A DNA stretch of 43,133 nucleotides from Puniceicoccales bacterium. GTDB lineage: Bacteria; Verrucomicrobiota; Verrucomicrobiia; Opitutales; JAIRKQ01. How positions within the stretch are numbered: the stretch's first letter is position 1; each line of letters begins with the position of its first letter. The notes under the pieces were generated by a model. The model had not been told where the DNA came from. It saw only the letters and a list, made by a program, of their open reading frames with translations, and did no database searches. A program made the position numbers and the translations under genes. This document shows, in pieces, positions 28,476 to 40,300 of this stretch. Location: NCBI GenBank assembly GCA_031258695.1, contig JAIRMM010000014.1, positions 1-43,133 on the forward strand. The letters are read 5' to 3'.

Positions 28476-30083
28476 ATGAAAAACACATGGCTATTTCTTA
28501 TAATCTCCCTGTGCATACTCGTCGGATGTAAAAAAAAGGAAGCGAATGTTGTCCAGCAAAATTTGAGGATATCTTCTCCCCATGAGCTGCTAAATGCGGA
28601 CCCACAGCAAGTATACATCAGCAGTGACCGTAAGATTATGCAGGCTGCTTTCGAAGGGTTAGTTGTTCCAGATCCCGAAACAATGAAACCGCTGCCCGGA
28701 ATGGCAGAGCGATGGAAGGTATCACCCGATAAAAAAGTGTACGAGTTTTTCCTAAGGGACAATGCCATATGGTCCGATGGAACTCCCGTTACGGCAGGAG
28801 ATTTTGTCTATGCGGCCAAACGAGCGCTATCGTCCAAATTTGCCTGTGCGGCAGTGGATGTGTTTTTCCCCATCCTCAATGCCAAAGAATTTTTTAATAG
28901 GGAAATTCGAAACTTTTCCATGGTTGGAATACGCGCGATAAATTCTCGAACGTTGATAATTGAATTGGAGAAAAGCGACCCGTATTTCCTAATAACTCTG
29001 ATGCACCCATGCTGGTTCCCGTTAAAAGATGAGGTCGTTGCGTCGTTGGAAGACTATTCTCGTCCTTTGGACGACCCATCCAGCGTTTTTAAATTAAAAA
29101 TCATCTCCAATGGCCCATTCACTTTCGCGGAGAGAACTCCGGGGGAAAGTTTGCTATTGAAAAAAAATCCTAAATATTGGGATGCCGACAATGTATTGCT
29201 GTCATCGGTAACGTTTTTTGCAAACAACAATCAAACCCTAGCCATGAAAAAATTTTCAGAGAGGCAAGTAGATATCGTTGAGCTTCAATGGGACGACGAA
29301 AATACAATCGGAGATTGTTTGCAGGACAAAGAATTGATGCTATCACCGGCATTCGAATGTTTTGGCCTCGCATTCAATGTTACGAACCCTGTTTTTCAAA
29401 ACAAAAATATCAGGCTTGCCATGGCTTTGGCCATTGACCGGGAAAAGTTGCTAGCCAAAATGGAGAAAAACAGAACGCTTGCAGCCTATAATTTTATCCC
29501 GCCCTATGATAAAAAGTACAACAATACACCTCTGTTCAAGCAAGATATTCAGTTAGCACGCAAGCTATTTGAAGAAGCAGGCTATAATTCTACGGTAAAA
29601 TTTCCACTCGTAAGAATATTATGCAACACCTTGGATGCCGGATCATATGCCATAGTCCTAGAACAGATTAAGGAAGATTGGAAAAATGTTCTAGGGGTAC
29701 ACGCTTTCGTAGACAATAGAGGCTTTGATTCCTTTTTTGCCCATAGGAAGAAAGTAAACTTTGATATGATTAAAGTTTCGCTTGGAGGTTTGCATTGCAA
29801 CCCTGCGTTTGTCATGCACATTTTTATGTCCAAAGATCCCCACAACTATGGCAAATGGGCAGACCCAACCTACGACGAGATGCTAAAACGGATCGAAAAA
29901 ACCACCAACAAGAAAAAACTGAGAAAGTTAGCAAGGGAGATGGAGTTGTATCTAATCAGTGAAATGCCTGCCATTCCGTTGTTTTTTAATTCCCATTCAT
30001 TTTTGGTAAAAAAATCCCTGAGGGGATGGTTTCCCAATCCAATGAATATGCATCCACTTAAATTTGTTTACTTTGCCCATTGA
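28476..30083 (+). CDS. oppA: Peptide ABC transporter substrate-binding lipoprotein (OppA family)
   Basis: Lipobox LVGC, FEGLV, PGMAERW, LRDNAIWSDGTPVTAGDF, SNGPF, KNPKYWD and RLAMALAIDR. No oppBCDF in the window. Confidence 0.9.
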   Translation: MKNTWLFLIISLCILVGCKKKEANVVQQNLRISSPHELLNADPQQVYISSDRKIMQAAFEGLVVPDPETMKPLPGMAERWKVSPDKKVYEFFLRDNAIWSDGTPVTAGDFVYAAKRALSSKFACAAVDVFFPILNAKEFFNREIRNFSMVGIRAINSRTLIIELEKSDPYFLITLMHPCWFPLKDEVVASLEDYSRPLDDPSSVFKLKIISNGPFTFAERTPGESLLLKKNPKYWDADNVLLSSVTFFANNNQTLAMKKFSERQVDIVELQWDDENTIGDCLQDKELMLSPAFECFGLAFNVTNPVFQNKNIRLAMALAIDREKLLAKMEKNRTLAAYNFIPPYDKKYNNTPLFKQDIQLARKLFEEAGYNSTVKFPLVRILCNTLDAGSYAIVLEQIKEDWKNVLGVHAFVDNRGFDSFFAHRKKVNFDMIKVSLGGLHCNPAFVMHIFMSKDPHNYGKWADPTYDEMLKRIEKTTNKKKLRKLAREMELYLISEMPAIPLFFNSHSFLVKKSLRGWFPNPMNMHPLKFVYFAH

Positions 30084-30575
30084 AATGTTCCCAGCCACGC
30101 CGCTAGTTTTTGTCATATATTCCGTCATTTTTTCCATAAAATAGTCGTATCCCCATTGGCTATCCCGTGTGTTCAGTGAAAGCCCCGTAAAAGTATTCCT
30201 AATCGGGCAGTTTGAAGAAGGCATGAAACAAATATTGTTATTCGGCTGTACCTTTTTCGCAATCCGTTCAACCAAAGAATCATCTTCGCACATTATCGTA
30301 AACAAACAATCACCGCCAATGGTAGCATCCATTTGCTTCAAAGAGTCTAGCATTGCGTCGATGGCAAGATCCAGGTCGGTAAAATTTGGCAAATACCACT
30401 CATAGACTTTGGCAAAGGAAAAATTTCCTTCCCAGGACGCTTTTTCATACACCAACAAAAATATGGCATCAAATTGCCCCACAAGGTATATTTCATTGAT
30501 GGCAAGGGTTGTGTTTTGATCTATGGATCCATCAATATTCGACAGTAAAATAGGCGAAATGACTAGAATGTTCAT
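29997..30575 (-). CDS. Hypothetical protein
   Basis: Fills the gap between oppA and the secretin. Likely start MNILVIS (30575). The 3' end overlaps oppA convergently by 87 bp. Confidence 0.6.
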   Translation of the reverse strand: MNILVISPILLSNIDGSIDQNTTLAINEIYLVGQFDAIFLLVYEKASWEGNFSFAKVYEWYLPNFTDLDLAIDAMLDSLKQMDATIGGDCLFTIMCEDDSLVERIAKKVQPNNNICFMPSSNCPIRNTFTGLSLNTRDSQWGYDYFMEKMTEYMTKTSGVAGNISMGKVNKFKWMHIHWIGKPSPQGFFYQK

Positions 30576-30637
30576 GGGTGGGATACCTACGTTAAAGAGG
30601 TAATCAGACAAGAATTTTTTGTGAACAACAATTTGTT

Positions 30638-32656
30638 TTGCATATGCGGAAACTTTTTGTATCCTTTGCTTCCATAGGAATGGGATTGAAGAAGGTTAGG
30701 TTTTGTACGTTGATCTTGGCGGCTACTTTGTCGTTACCCGCCGAATCTTCCCTGAATAACATCGGAGAATTGCAGCGAAAAATATTCACCCAATCCACCC
30801 AATTTGATTCCGACGACCCAATGCCAGAAATAACGGCAGAAATAAAATTGACGGAGAACGAAACACCCGCAGTAAAATCAACGAAAAGAAAGACCTATGT
30901 CACGTTCTTCGACAACGAAAATGCCTTTCGCCAAACCACTCGAAAAAAATTGCTAGAAGAAGTTGAGACAAATTGGCAAATGTCTTCCCCAAAAGATCCG
31001 ATTTTAGACGACCATTCGGCCACCGGTTCATATGAAAATACGCTCTTCGAGAAGGCAAACAGAATTACCATTCCCCGGGTGAGATTCATAGACACCCCTC
31101 TGTCACGGGTAATTGAATCCTTGGCCAACCTGGCGGAGGTCAATGATTCCGCCGTCGATGATAATGGAAAAGGAATGAACATTGTACTGCTTGGCATGGA
31201 GAGCGTGGAAAATGAACCGGTGGTGAATTTGAACTTAAAAAATATTTCTTTCTACCGCCTGGTTGAGTTGATTACCCAGTCGATTTCCTATCAATTTGAT
31301 ATCACCGATGATGCGATCATTATTTACAGGCGTGACCTAGCCGAAGGCATATTAGATACGCAATTTTTTCCCATATCCCGCGCAACTCTGGTCCGACTAA
31401 CGGGCATTCAAGGCATAAATCATCACATATATAATGCTCCAGGTTCCCCGGAAAATGTTGCCGACGAAGAGCATGCCATAAAAGAATTTTTTCAACGGGC
31501 AGGGATAAATTTCAAGGATGTTACGGGTAGCAATTTAGCATTCGATGGTTCCCAAATAATAGTTACCAATACGGGAAGAAATTTAATAAAAATTAGCAAC
31601 ATACTTCGAAAATACTCCGAAGTTAAACAGGTTGAAATCGAGACGAAATTTCTGGAAGTTCAGCAGGGTGTGCTCGATGAATTGGGCTTTCGATGGCAAT
31701 TTGGAAGTAAAAAAAATGACAATAAAATATTTTTTCAGACCGGGGAAACCGTTGATAATTCTCGGCGTGATAACCTGCGCACGCTCGTAGAAACATTTGC
31801 ATCTACAAATTTTTCAAGAGGGGATGGCAAAATAGTTGGATCCAATCCAGAAGCCAGTCCCATTACCCTGCCGAACCAGCCGCCTGGACTTCCAGGGCAA
31901 ATAAACCTGGGAGCATCGGCCACACCCCTGGCGAATTTTACCGGTGTGTTAAATAGCATACAGTGCAACGCCATGATCCAGGCATTGGAACAGCATGCCG
32001 GGTCGGATCTTATGAGCGCTCCAAAACTGACGGTGCTTTCCGGAAAGACGGCAAAAATTGTCATAGCCATGGAACTACGCTACCCGCAAAGCTATGGAGA
32101 TACGCATTCCGAAGTCGGCACGGGGTATTCCGGGCTGGGCGCGTCGAGTTCCGCTGGAGTGACCATAACGGCTGGCACACCGCAAAATTTTACCACGCGC
32201 AACGTCGGTGTGGAAATGAGCGTAACTCCCATCGTCGAAATGGACGGTAGCATCAGTTTGCAACTTGAACCAAAAGTCACCGAATTCGAAGGGTTCGTGG
32301 AATATGGCGGAGTAAATGTTGCCGTAACGTCGGGCAATACGGTCACCATTCCATCCGGATTTTATCAGCCGATATTTTCAACGCGGGAAATCCACACGGA
32401 GGTCAATGTTTTCGACGGAGCAACCGTTGTCATGGGCGGCCTAACCCGCGAAGAAATAAAAGAGGTAAACGACAAAGTCCCCATATTGGGAGATATTCCC
32501 CTGCTCGGCAGATTGTTTAGGTCGAAAAGTGAAACCATCCAGAAACGAAACCTGCTGATTTTCGTCACTGCCCACACCATTTCTCCTCTGGGAAACAAAA
32601 AATTACTACCCAATGTGGAACAATCCACGACAGTTCCAAGCCAAAGCCCAAAGTGA
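30638..32656 (+). CDS. Secretin (GspD/PilQ family; Verrucomicrobia Amuc_1098-like)
   Basis: QVEIETKFLEV, DLMSAPKLTVLSG, RNVGVEMSVTP, PKVTEFEGFVEYG and KVPILGDIPLLGRLFRS. A signal-peptide-like segment follows ATG 30680, an alternative start. Confidence 0.9.
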   Translation: MHMRKLFVSFASIGMGLKKVRFCTLILAATLSLPAESSLNNIGELQRKIFTQSTQFDSDDPMPEITAEIKLTENETPAVKSTKRKTYVTFFDNENAFRQTTRKKLLEEVETNWQMSSPKDPILDDHSATGSYENTLFEKANRITIPRVRFIDTPLSRVIESLANLAEVNDSAVDDNGKGMNIVLLGMESVENEPVVNLNLKNISFYRLVELITQSISYQFDITDDAIIIYRRDLAEGILDTQFFPISRATLVRLTGIQGINHHIYNAPGSPENVADEEHAIKEFFQRAGINFKDVTGSNLAFDGSQIIVTNTGRNLIKISNILRKYSEVKQVEIETKFLEVQQGVLDELGFRWQFGSKKNDNKIFFQTGETVDNSRRDNLRTLVETFASTNFSRGDGKIVGSNPEASPITLPNQPPGLPGQINLGASATPLANFTGVLNSIQCNAMIQALEQHAGSDLMSAPKLTVLSGKTAKIVIAMELRYPQSYGDTHSEVGTGYSGLGASSSAGVTITAGTPQNFTTRNVGVEMSVTPIVEMDGSISLQLEPKVTEFEGFVEYGGVNVAVTSGNTVTIPSGFYQPIFSTREIHTEVNVFDGATVVMGGLTREEIKEVNDKVPILGDIPLLGRLFRSKSETIQKRNLLIFVTAHTISPLGNKKLLPNVEQSTTVPSQSPK

Positions 32657-32828
32657 TATTTTGCCGAACGGTGCCGTCGGAAGAGTCCACCATCCCATTG
32701 TTTTTTACCTAAAAAGCGATGGCGGAGAAAACTCTCCAAACGGTTCGACATTGGTACCTTGTAAGAGTTTTGCCGCCACAAAACATTATGCTTGACTCGG
32801 GGTGGTAATTATGGAATTTGGTGTACCC

Positions 32829-34361
32829 ATGCTATCCACGGTTCAGTCCTGTGCATTGCGAGGTATTGACGCCGTTAATATCGCCGTTGAGGTCAATTCC
32901 TGTGAGCGGGGAGATTTAAAATTTATAATCGTTGGGCTGCCCGATGCGGCCATAAAGGAATCCTGCGACAGAATATTTTCTGCACTTGTAAACAGCGGCT
33001 ATGCCATTCCCTATACCAGAACAACCGTAAACTTGGCACCCTCCTACATCAGAAAGGAAGGATCTTTCTACGACCTACCCATCGCACTCGGCGTAATCCA
33101 GAGCACGGGTCAGTCCTACCTCCACAATTTAAGTGAGTTCATAGTCGCTGGAGAATTGGGGCTGTCTGGGAAAATTCGAGGAATCAAGGGCGGTCTCACC
33201 TTCGCCATAAAAGCAAAGAAGGAGAAGAAAAAATTGCTACTGCCCGTGGAGGCTGCCCAGGAAGCATCATTTGTCGACGGCGTGGAAATTTTCGCGGTGA
33301 ATAATCTGAACGAAGCGGTTAAATTTTTGACCGGCCAAATAAAATTAGTTCCCCTGGAACACAGGAACTTTCTTAGCCTACTAAAAAATGAAGACAGCCT
33401 AGATTTTTCCGAAGTGAAAGGCCAGGAAAGCTTACGCAGGGCCGTAGAAATAGCCGTTGCCGGAGCCCATAATATTCTAATGATCGGACCTCCCGGCGCT
33501 GGCAAATCGATGATTGCCAAACGTATCCCGAGCATAATGTCCATGCCCACCTTCGATGAATTTTTGGAAACTATGAGCATTTATTCGGCGGCAGGATTAC
33601 TCATGGCAGAAAAGAATGCCCATTTCGAACGGCCATTCCGATCTCCCCACCACACGATTAGCAACGCAGGTTTACTGGGAGGAGGCAGCATCCCATGCCC
33701 GGGAGAGATTTCACTGGCCCACAACGGAGTATTGTTTTTGGATGAGCTCTCGGAATTTCACCGCGCAACCCTAGAGTCTTTGCGCCAACCCCTGGAAGAT
33801 GGCAGCGTGACGATTTCCAGGAGTTCTGGAAAGGTTAAGTTTCCCTGCCGAACGATGATTGTTGGGGCAATGAATCCATGCCCATGCGGATATTTGGGGG
33901 ACAAAACGCGCAGGTGCAAATGCAGCCATTTGGACATTCAACGCTATAGGTCCCGCATCAGTGGCCCGATGATGGATAGGTTCGACATACAGATAAACGT
34001 TCTTGCCGTTCCGATTGAGGATATTCAATCAAAAAAGTTTTCTGAATCATCCATGGACATACGGGTTCGCGTAGAAAAAGCATCAAAAATTCAAACGGAA
34101 CGCTTCAAATCTTCGCAAAATGGACGCAATGCTCACATGTCCCATGGCGAAGTGGTGAAATTTTGCAGAGTTGATGGAGAATCATCCGACCTGTTGGCAA
34201 CGGCCATGAAACAACTGGGCCTTTCCGCCAGGGCATACGATAAAATTTTAAAAGTTAGTCGCACGATTGCGGATTTGGAATGCGAAGAAAAAATTTTACC
34301 GCATCACATCTTAGAATCCATCCAGTATCGCTCATTGGAAATGGTCATAGATGGGAGATAG
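32829..34361 (+). CDS. comM: YifB/ComM Mg-chelatase-like AAA+ ATPase
   Basis: [49 protein letters not shown] and AMNPCPCG. Start at ATG 32829 (MLSTVQS). Confidence 0.95.
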   Translation: MLSTVQSCALRGIDAVNIAVEVNSCERGDLKFIIVGLPDAAIKESCDRIFSALVNSGYAIPYTRTTVNLAPSYIRKEGSFYDLPIALGVIQSTGQSYLHNLSEFIVAGELGLSGKIRGIKGGLTFAIKAKKEKKKLLLPVEAAQEASFVDGVEIFAVNNLNEAVKFLTGQIKLVPLEHRNFLSLLKNEDSLDFSEVKGQESLRRAVEIAVAGAHNILMIGPPGAGKSMIAKRIPSIMSMPTFDEFLETMSIYSAAGLLMAEKNAHFERPFRSPHHTISNAGLLGGGSIPCPGEISLAHNGVLFLDELSEFHRATLESLRQPLEDGSVTISRSSGKVKFPCRTMIVGAMNPCPCGYLGDKTRRCKCSHLDIQRYRSRISGPMMDRFDIQINVLAVPIEDIQSKKFSESSMDIRVRVEKASKIQTERFKSSQNGRNAHMSHGEVVKFCRVDGESSDLLATAMKQLGLSARAYDKILKVSRTIADLECEEKILPHHILESIQYRSLEMVIDGR

Positions 34362-34475
34362 AATGATTGCCAAAAGCCATTCCCAGAACAAGGGAATAAC
34401 CCATTGGGACACGGGAAGCAGAAAAAACAATACCTTCTATGCAAAAAACACTTGTCATTCCTTTGATATGGATTA

Positions 34476-35345
34476 GTGATTGACATCACCATACAGAAAA
34501 AATCTAGCATTTTGATAATATTCCTTTTGGCCGTATTGTGTGCGGTTTCAATTTCTTTTCACGTTAACCATAGAAGATTGAAAAAAGAGATTTCCGATAT
34601 GAGAAAAAATTGTCCAGGATCGATTATAAATTGTCCAAGATCGATTGTCAGAAAGCCGGTGTTTGTTTCCTACGCACAAATTTTTGAAGATATAATATTG
34701 TACGATGTTTTGGGGGACGTTGAAGATGGTTTTTACATTGATGTCGGAGCTAATCACCCCATCGCGGATTCCGTGACGAAGTTTTTCTACGAGGAAGGAT
34801 ACCATGGGATAAATGTCGAACCCCTTCTGCACGAGTATGATATGCTCAAAGAAGATAGGCCACGGGACATTAATTTATGTGTTTGTGCTGGGTCAGAAGA
34901 CGGGGAACTGGAACTTTACGAAAAAGGTGGACTTTCCACGCTGGACATAAACATTGCCAACAAATGGGATAAAGTCCCGTCGCCAAGAAAGGTCAAAGTT
35001 GTTCCGCTCTCGTGGATTTGTAAAGAATATTGTCCAAAGGACCAGGAGATTCAGTTTTGTAAAATAGACGTGGAGGGGTTTGAAAGAGAAGTCCTCCTGG
35101 GATTTGATTTTCAAAACTTTAGACCAAAAATATTTCTCATAGAGGCCACGGAACCATGTACGATGATCCCAACCGAACAAAAGTGGGAAGAAATTTTGCT
35201 AAATAATGGATATGAATTTGCCTATCAATACGGTGTAAATCGATACTACATCGACGGTAAGTTTCCTGACCTAAAAGAAAAATTTGTCGAAATGGAAAAA
35301 ATAATGGATAAGTACATCATTGTGAAAGGTAATTTTTGCCCTTAA
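34476..35345 (+). CDS. FkbM-family methyltransferase with an N-terminal membrane anchor
   Basis: SYAQIFED, FYIDVGANHP, GINVEP and KIDVEGFEREVL. Confidence 0.9.
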   Translation: MIDITIQKKSSILIIFLLAVLCAVSISFHVNHRRLKKEISDMRKNCPGSIINCPRSIVRKPVFVSYAQIFEDIILYDVLGDVEDGFYIDVGANHPIADSVTKFFYEEGYHGINVEPLLHEYDMLKEDRPRDINLCVCAGSEDGELELYEKGGLSTLDINIANKWDKVPSPRKVKVVPLSWICKEYCPKDQEIQFCKIDVEGFEREVLLGFDFQNFRPKIFLIEATEPCTMIPTEQKWEEILLNNGYEFAYQYGVNRYYIDGKFPDLKEKFVEMEKIMDKYIIVKGNFCP

Positions 35346-35452
35346 AACTGTGGTCATATCTTTTAATCCAGCTCAAATCATAGCAAAAATTATTGGAAGC
35401 GAAACATATCGCAGTTGACTATTAGGTCTTTCCGATTACGGTTCCCCGAAGT

Positions 35453-36622
35453 ATGATTATTAAACCTAAAACACGTGGTTTTATATCCCTAACGGCTCAT
35501 CCCAAGGGGTGTGAAGAAAATGTAAGGCAACAAATTGCATTTGCAGAAAAACACAATATTCCCAATGGCCCAAAAAATGTTTTGGTTATTGGGGCTTCTA
35601 CGGGCTATGGTTTGGCAAGCAGAATTACGCTAGCCTTCGGCGGAGGAGCAAATACCATAGGAATATCTTTTGAGCGTCCATCGGAAAAAGACAAACCTGC
35701 CTCCGCCGGCTGGTATAACTCGGTCGCTTTCAAAAAATTTGCGGAACAGCGTGGTCTATTGGCAGAAAATATAAACGGCGATGCCTTTTCATCCGAAGTG
35801 AAGGAGCAGGTAATAGATTTGATAAGGCAAAAATTTGGACAGATAGACTGTGTGGTGTACAGCCTAGCTTCCCCCAAGAGAACGGATCCCTTTACCGGTG
35901 AGGTTTTTAAATCGGTCCTTAAGCCCATAGGAAAACCTTTCACGGGGAAAACAATCAACGTTGACAGGGAAGAAGTCTACGAAGTAACCATCGAACCGGC
36001 TACGGCCGAGGAAGTACGGGCAACGGAAAAAGTAATGGGAGGCGAAGATTGGGAATTGTGGATACAGGCCCTGCACAATGAAAAGTTGTTGGCAAATGGT
36101 GTCAAAACCGTCGCCTATTCATACATCGGCCCCGAAATCACCTGGCCAATCTATGCAAATGGGACCATAGGAGCCGCCAAGGATGATTTGATGCGGGCAA
36201 TGGAAGCGATAAAGTTTTTGTTGGCTGATATTGGAGGACAAGCGATCGTTTCCGTAAATAAAGCTGTAGTAACCCAGGCTAGTGCTGCCATACCGGTGGT
36301 TCCACTGTACATTTCAATCCTCTTCAAAGTTATGAAGGAAAAGGAGATCCACGAAGGATGCATAGGACAAATGGTTAGATTGTTTAGCGAAAGATTATAT
36401 GGACCCCATGCCGGCAAATCCTTGGATGAACAAGGCCGTATCCGATTGGATGACTTCGAACTAAACCGGGATGTTCAAGATGCCATCGCCAAAATTTGGC
36501 CGAAAATTTCTACGGAAAACCTGAAAGAGTTTTCAGACATAGATGGATATAAGCAAGAATTTCTAAAACTTTTTGGTTTTGGACTGGCTTCCATCGACTA
36601 CGATGATGATGTGGAAATTTAG
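35453..36622 (+). CDS. fabV: Enoyl-ACP reductase FabV / trans-2-enoyl-CoA reductase
   Basis: AHPKGC, GASTGYGLASRI, NGDAFS, YSLASP, VMGGEDW, YSYIGP and IYANGTIGAAK. Confidence 0.96.
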   Translation: MIIKPKTRGFISLTAHPKGCEENVRQQIAFAEKHNIPNGPKNVLVIGASTGYGLASRITLAFGGGANTIGISFERPSEKDKPASAGWYNSVAFKKFAEQRGLLAENINGDAFSSEVKEQVIDLIRQKFGQIDCVVYSLASPKRTDPFTGEVFKSVLKPIGKPFTGKTINVDREEVYEVTIEPATAEEVRATEKVMGGEDWELWIQALHNEKLLANGVKTVAYSYIGPEITWPIYANGTIGAAKDDLMRAMEAIKFLLADIGGQAIVSVNKAVVTQASAAIPVVPLYISILFKVMKEKEIHEGCIGQMVRLFSERLYGPHAGKSLDEQGRIRLDDFELNRDVQDAIAKIWPKISTENLKEFSDIDGYKQEFLKLFGFGLASIDYDDDVEI

Positions 36623-36792
36623 TTAAATCTTTCCGTACTTTCCTTTTTTTCTATCTTTTTTTCGCTCCTTTTTTTTGAGATTCGCGTTTAAATATAATAA
36701 GGAAGATATAGATAGTTATTGGAAAGGTTGTAAAATTGCTGAAAAAAACTAAGCAAAGTGCTAAGCAAGATACCAATCAACGATGAATGCAG

Positions 36793-36830
36793 AAAAAGTA
36801 GATACCCTTATTCATGGGTGTCTATTTTTT
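36793..36830. terminator. Likely intrinsic terminator hairpin between convergent fabV and res
   Basis: AAAAAGTAGATACCC-TTATTCAT-GGGTGTCTATTTTTT: a 15-bp stem with two G-U pairs on the + transcript and a T tail; the A tract on the left could allow bidirectional use. Confidence 0.65.
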
Positions 36831-37378
36831 ATTTTGTTATTTATGCCAATGTTTGGCAACTTTTGAGAAATATGCCGATAATCTCATTTGCCATAATTTA
36901 AACCATGCCCATTGACAGATGTAAAATAACACCTATGGCCGAAAAGTTGAGATGTCCACCGGCTTGGCCAGGCGGGAATAGCTAACATCCGAATGGCAAC
37001 AAATTTTAACATTTTCCAAACCAACCCCCTGTCTCCGTAGGGATACGGGTAGACTTTTACCGTTACTTATTGAAAAAATATGAGCCGGTGAGGACATACC
37101 AACTCCAGTTCTCAGTCCAACGGTCCAACATCAACCATTGATTTTGGGACCAACGATGCCTGTGAGTAGAGGTTTGAGCATCCCGATATAACATGGCTGT
37201 TCTCCTTTGAGACAGTATTCATTTGGATGCCTCCGTCCAGGAAAATGGCTATGGAATATGACCAATTTCATCCATTTCTATCGATGGCGGAGATGATGAG
37301 GCGCGGAGTTACGTCTTTGTCTGCCGGAGACCTAAACTCAAAACCGAAGAATTAAAACCGAAGGCACTAAACTTTGTC

Positions 37379-40300
37379 TCACCGCATGACTTTATCGAGC
37401 AGGGCTTCATAGCTTTCAACGATGTCGTATGTTACGGTATCGCAGGATTTTACGGTGCCACAGGTTATTGCTGCAAAATGTTTTTTGGCACATTCGATTT
37501 TGGATTTTTCAACTACCCGCAGCTGCGGAAGTGCCATTGTTCCTTTTGTTTCTGCGACGAAATAGATGTGCTTGATTCCCTCCCTCTTGAAGTCAAAGAC
37601 GATTGCCCAATCGGGAGTATATTTCCCCATCGGCGTGGATATGAAAAATCCAGAGGGTAGTTTGGCGTAGATCGAAACATTTTCACTACTGTCCAAATTT
37701 TCCACGAATTTGCGTTCATTTTCCGAGTCCGTGTGTACGTGGGAGCAGATATTTTTTTTGGTCGCTACGGTATCTCGTTTGTTTCCCCATGGCGTTGGGT
37801 TAGTAAAAATTTCCACATTGTAGGTGGAATCCAGTTTGTTGTATTTGATGTGCTCAACCACGGCGGTCGCTTTTTGCTCGTTGATGAGGTTAGACGCGCG
37901 GAGAATAAATTCCTCGGGGTTAGTTTTAAACATTTCAAATGTATTTTGTTTAAGTTGCCTGAGAATTTCTGCGACTGTGCGGCGTGTCAGTCCGGTATTT
38001 TCCACAAATTTTCCAACAATATCATACTTGATGTCGCACATGGGCTTGGTAGCCAGCCGCACTGGGAACTGCTTTTGTTTGCTGAAAGCACGATTACTTT
38101 CCAAACATTGTTTGGATTTTATTTCACCCATTTCACCCGCTATTATGATTACCTTTGGCTTTGAAATGCAAAGACGACCCTCCGAATTCAGCGTTTCTAC
38201 GGATTTCGCAATCAAATCATCGGTGTCAAAATCGACACTGTAGGAAGATTTGATGTTTATGCGATTCCAGAGGTCCTGAAACTCTTTCTTACTAAGTTTT
38301 TCTTTATCGAGTTTCAGCTCCACATTTCTTTCTCTGGCGTTTTCCGGCTTCATGGCATCGGAGTCGTAGATGGTGCCTATTATCCCAATGATGTCATCCG
38401 CCAATACGTTCGCTTCTACGGTAAATTTACCATTTTGCACATCACTGTAATATTTCTCCGTTAATTTTCCCTTCTCTACGTAACGGTTACGAATCATGCT
38501 TTCGTAGATTACGGCCGCACAATCATAGGAAATTTTTCCCCCTTTCCCATCGCCATTGCGTACGGATTTACCTTCAAATAAGTCCTCCGAAATTTCCTTT
38601 GGGCGATGGGCTATGTCACCGGCGATAGCTCCCTGCAGCCCGACGACGAAGCTTTCATAGGATTCGCTGGCTATCACGGTTAAAATGTTTACATCGTGCA
38701 CGCCATCGCCAAAGGAAGTGCCATCCATGCGCTCGCCCTTCTGATTTACACAGAGGCGGAGTCCACGGCCGATTTCCTGCCGCTTGGCAATGTCGGAATT
38801 GTTCCGTTTCAGTGTGCAAATTTGGAACACATTCGGATTATCCCACCCCTCGCGGAGGGCGGAATGGGAAAAAATAAATCGCACTGGCTCGGCCTTGTCG
38901 AGCAACCGTTCCTTATTTTTCATGATGAGGTCGTAGGCACTGCAGTCATCGGATAGCATTTCTTTTCTTCCTATTTTACCGTTGATGAATTTGTTGCTCT
39001 TTTTGTCGATGGAAAAATATCCACTGTGGGCGGTTGCTGCCGTTGTGGATTTGAGAAATCTTGCATATTCTTCATCTCCGAAATTCGGTTGATAGTTTTC
39101 CACGGCGTTTGCGTATTCTTCTTCGAAGATTTTCGCGTAAATTCCATTGGTCTCGATAGTCTCTTCGCGATTTTCGCTACCTATGTCCAATTTTTCATCT
39201 TCCGAAGTCTTCGAAGGAATCCCATCCTTATCGTTGGACAGGCGGTATTTTTTTACTTCGTCGATGAAAAACAGGGACAACACTTTTATGTCCTTGTAAA
39301 ATAGCTGCCGTTCCCGGTCAATGTGAGATATTATGGTTTCTCGGATCTGTATGCGGCGTAAAAGTTCCTCGTTCGTGCATCCATTTATTTCTCCGACAAA
39401 AATTTTGACTCCGTTCGCAAACTCAATGAAATTCATCTCCCCATTGATGGCGGTCACAAACCACCCATCTTTGTACTCATCGAGAAATTTCGACAATTGA
39501 TAGAGATTGTCTCCTTCTTTCACCACGCGCATTTTTTTGTAAATTTTATCCCTACCTTTGGCGTCAAATTCGATGGTGGCGGTGGGATTTTTTACGTTCG
39601 ATAGGTTTATTCCTGCCAGATAAACATATCCGTTCGTTGCAGTATTTCCGCTGATGGAAATTCCTTTGACTGCAATTTTTTTCACCAATTTCCTATTATA
39701 GGCATCCATCGCATCAAGGCGATACACCATGTTGTAGGAATAACGGTGTGTGGCGGAGTAGCGAAGCGTAAAGAGTGGATTAAAATTTTTCAAAGCTTCC
39801 TTCGTTGCACTCCCCTCCACCGACTGCGGCTCATCGATTATTAAAATTGGCCGTGTCTCAGCAATGACATCAATAGGTCTACGGCCTTTGAAGGAATCGA
39901 GATTCATCGAAACACGGAGGGTATCATTTTTGCGATTGAATGCCTGTGCATTGATGATCATTGCGTTGATGTTGCTATCCGTGGTGAATTGTTCCACATC
40001 CTTCGGCGAGGCAGAATTGTAAATGAAAAAGCGAATTTTTTTGCCATATCCTTCGAAAAAATGGTGCTCCGTCATTTCAAATGCTTTGCGAACACCTTCC
40101 CGAATGGCGACGTTCGGCACGACGATGATGAATTTTGCCCATCCATAGCGTCTGTGTAGCTCGTACATCGTTTTAATGTACACGTACGTTTTGCCCGTTC
40201 CCGTCTCCATCTCCACGGTCAAATTCAAATTTGGCCACTCACCTTCCAGCTCAGCGATTGGTTGCAGGTTCTGTCTGATTTGAACTCTGCGAATATTGGC

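Noticed and set aside
36679-36710. dif-like site (ATTCGCGTTTAAATATAATAAGGAAGAT), given xerD in the window
   Set aside because: The putative XerD arm differs too much from TTATGTTAAAT to call without a profile search.
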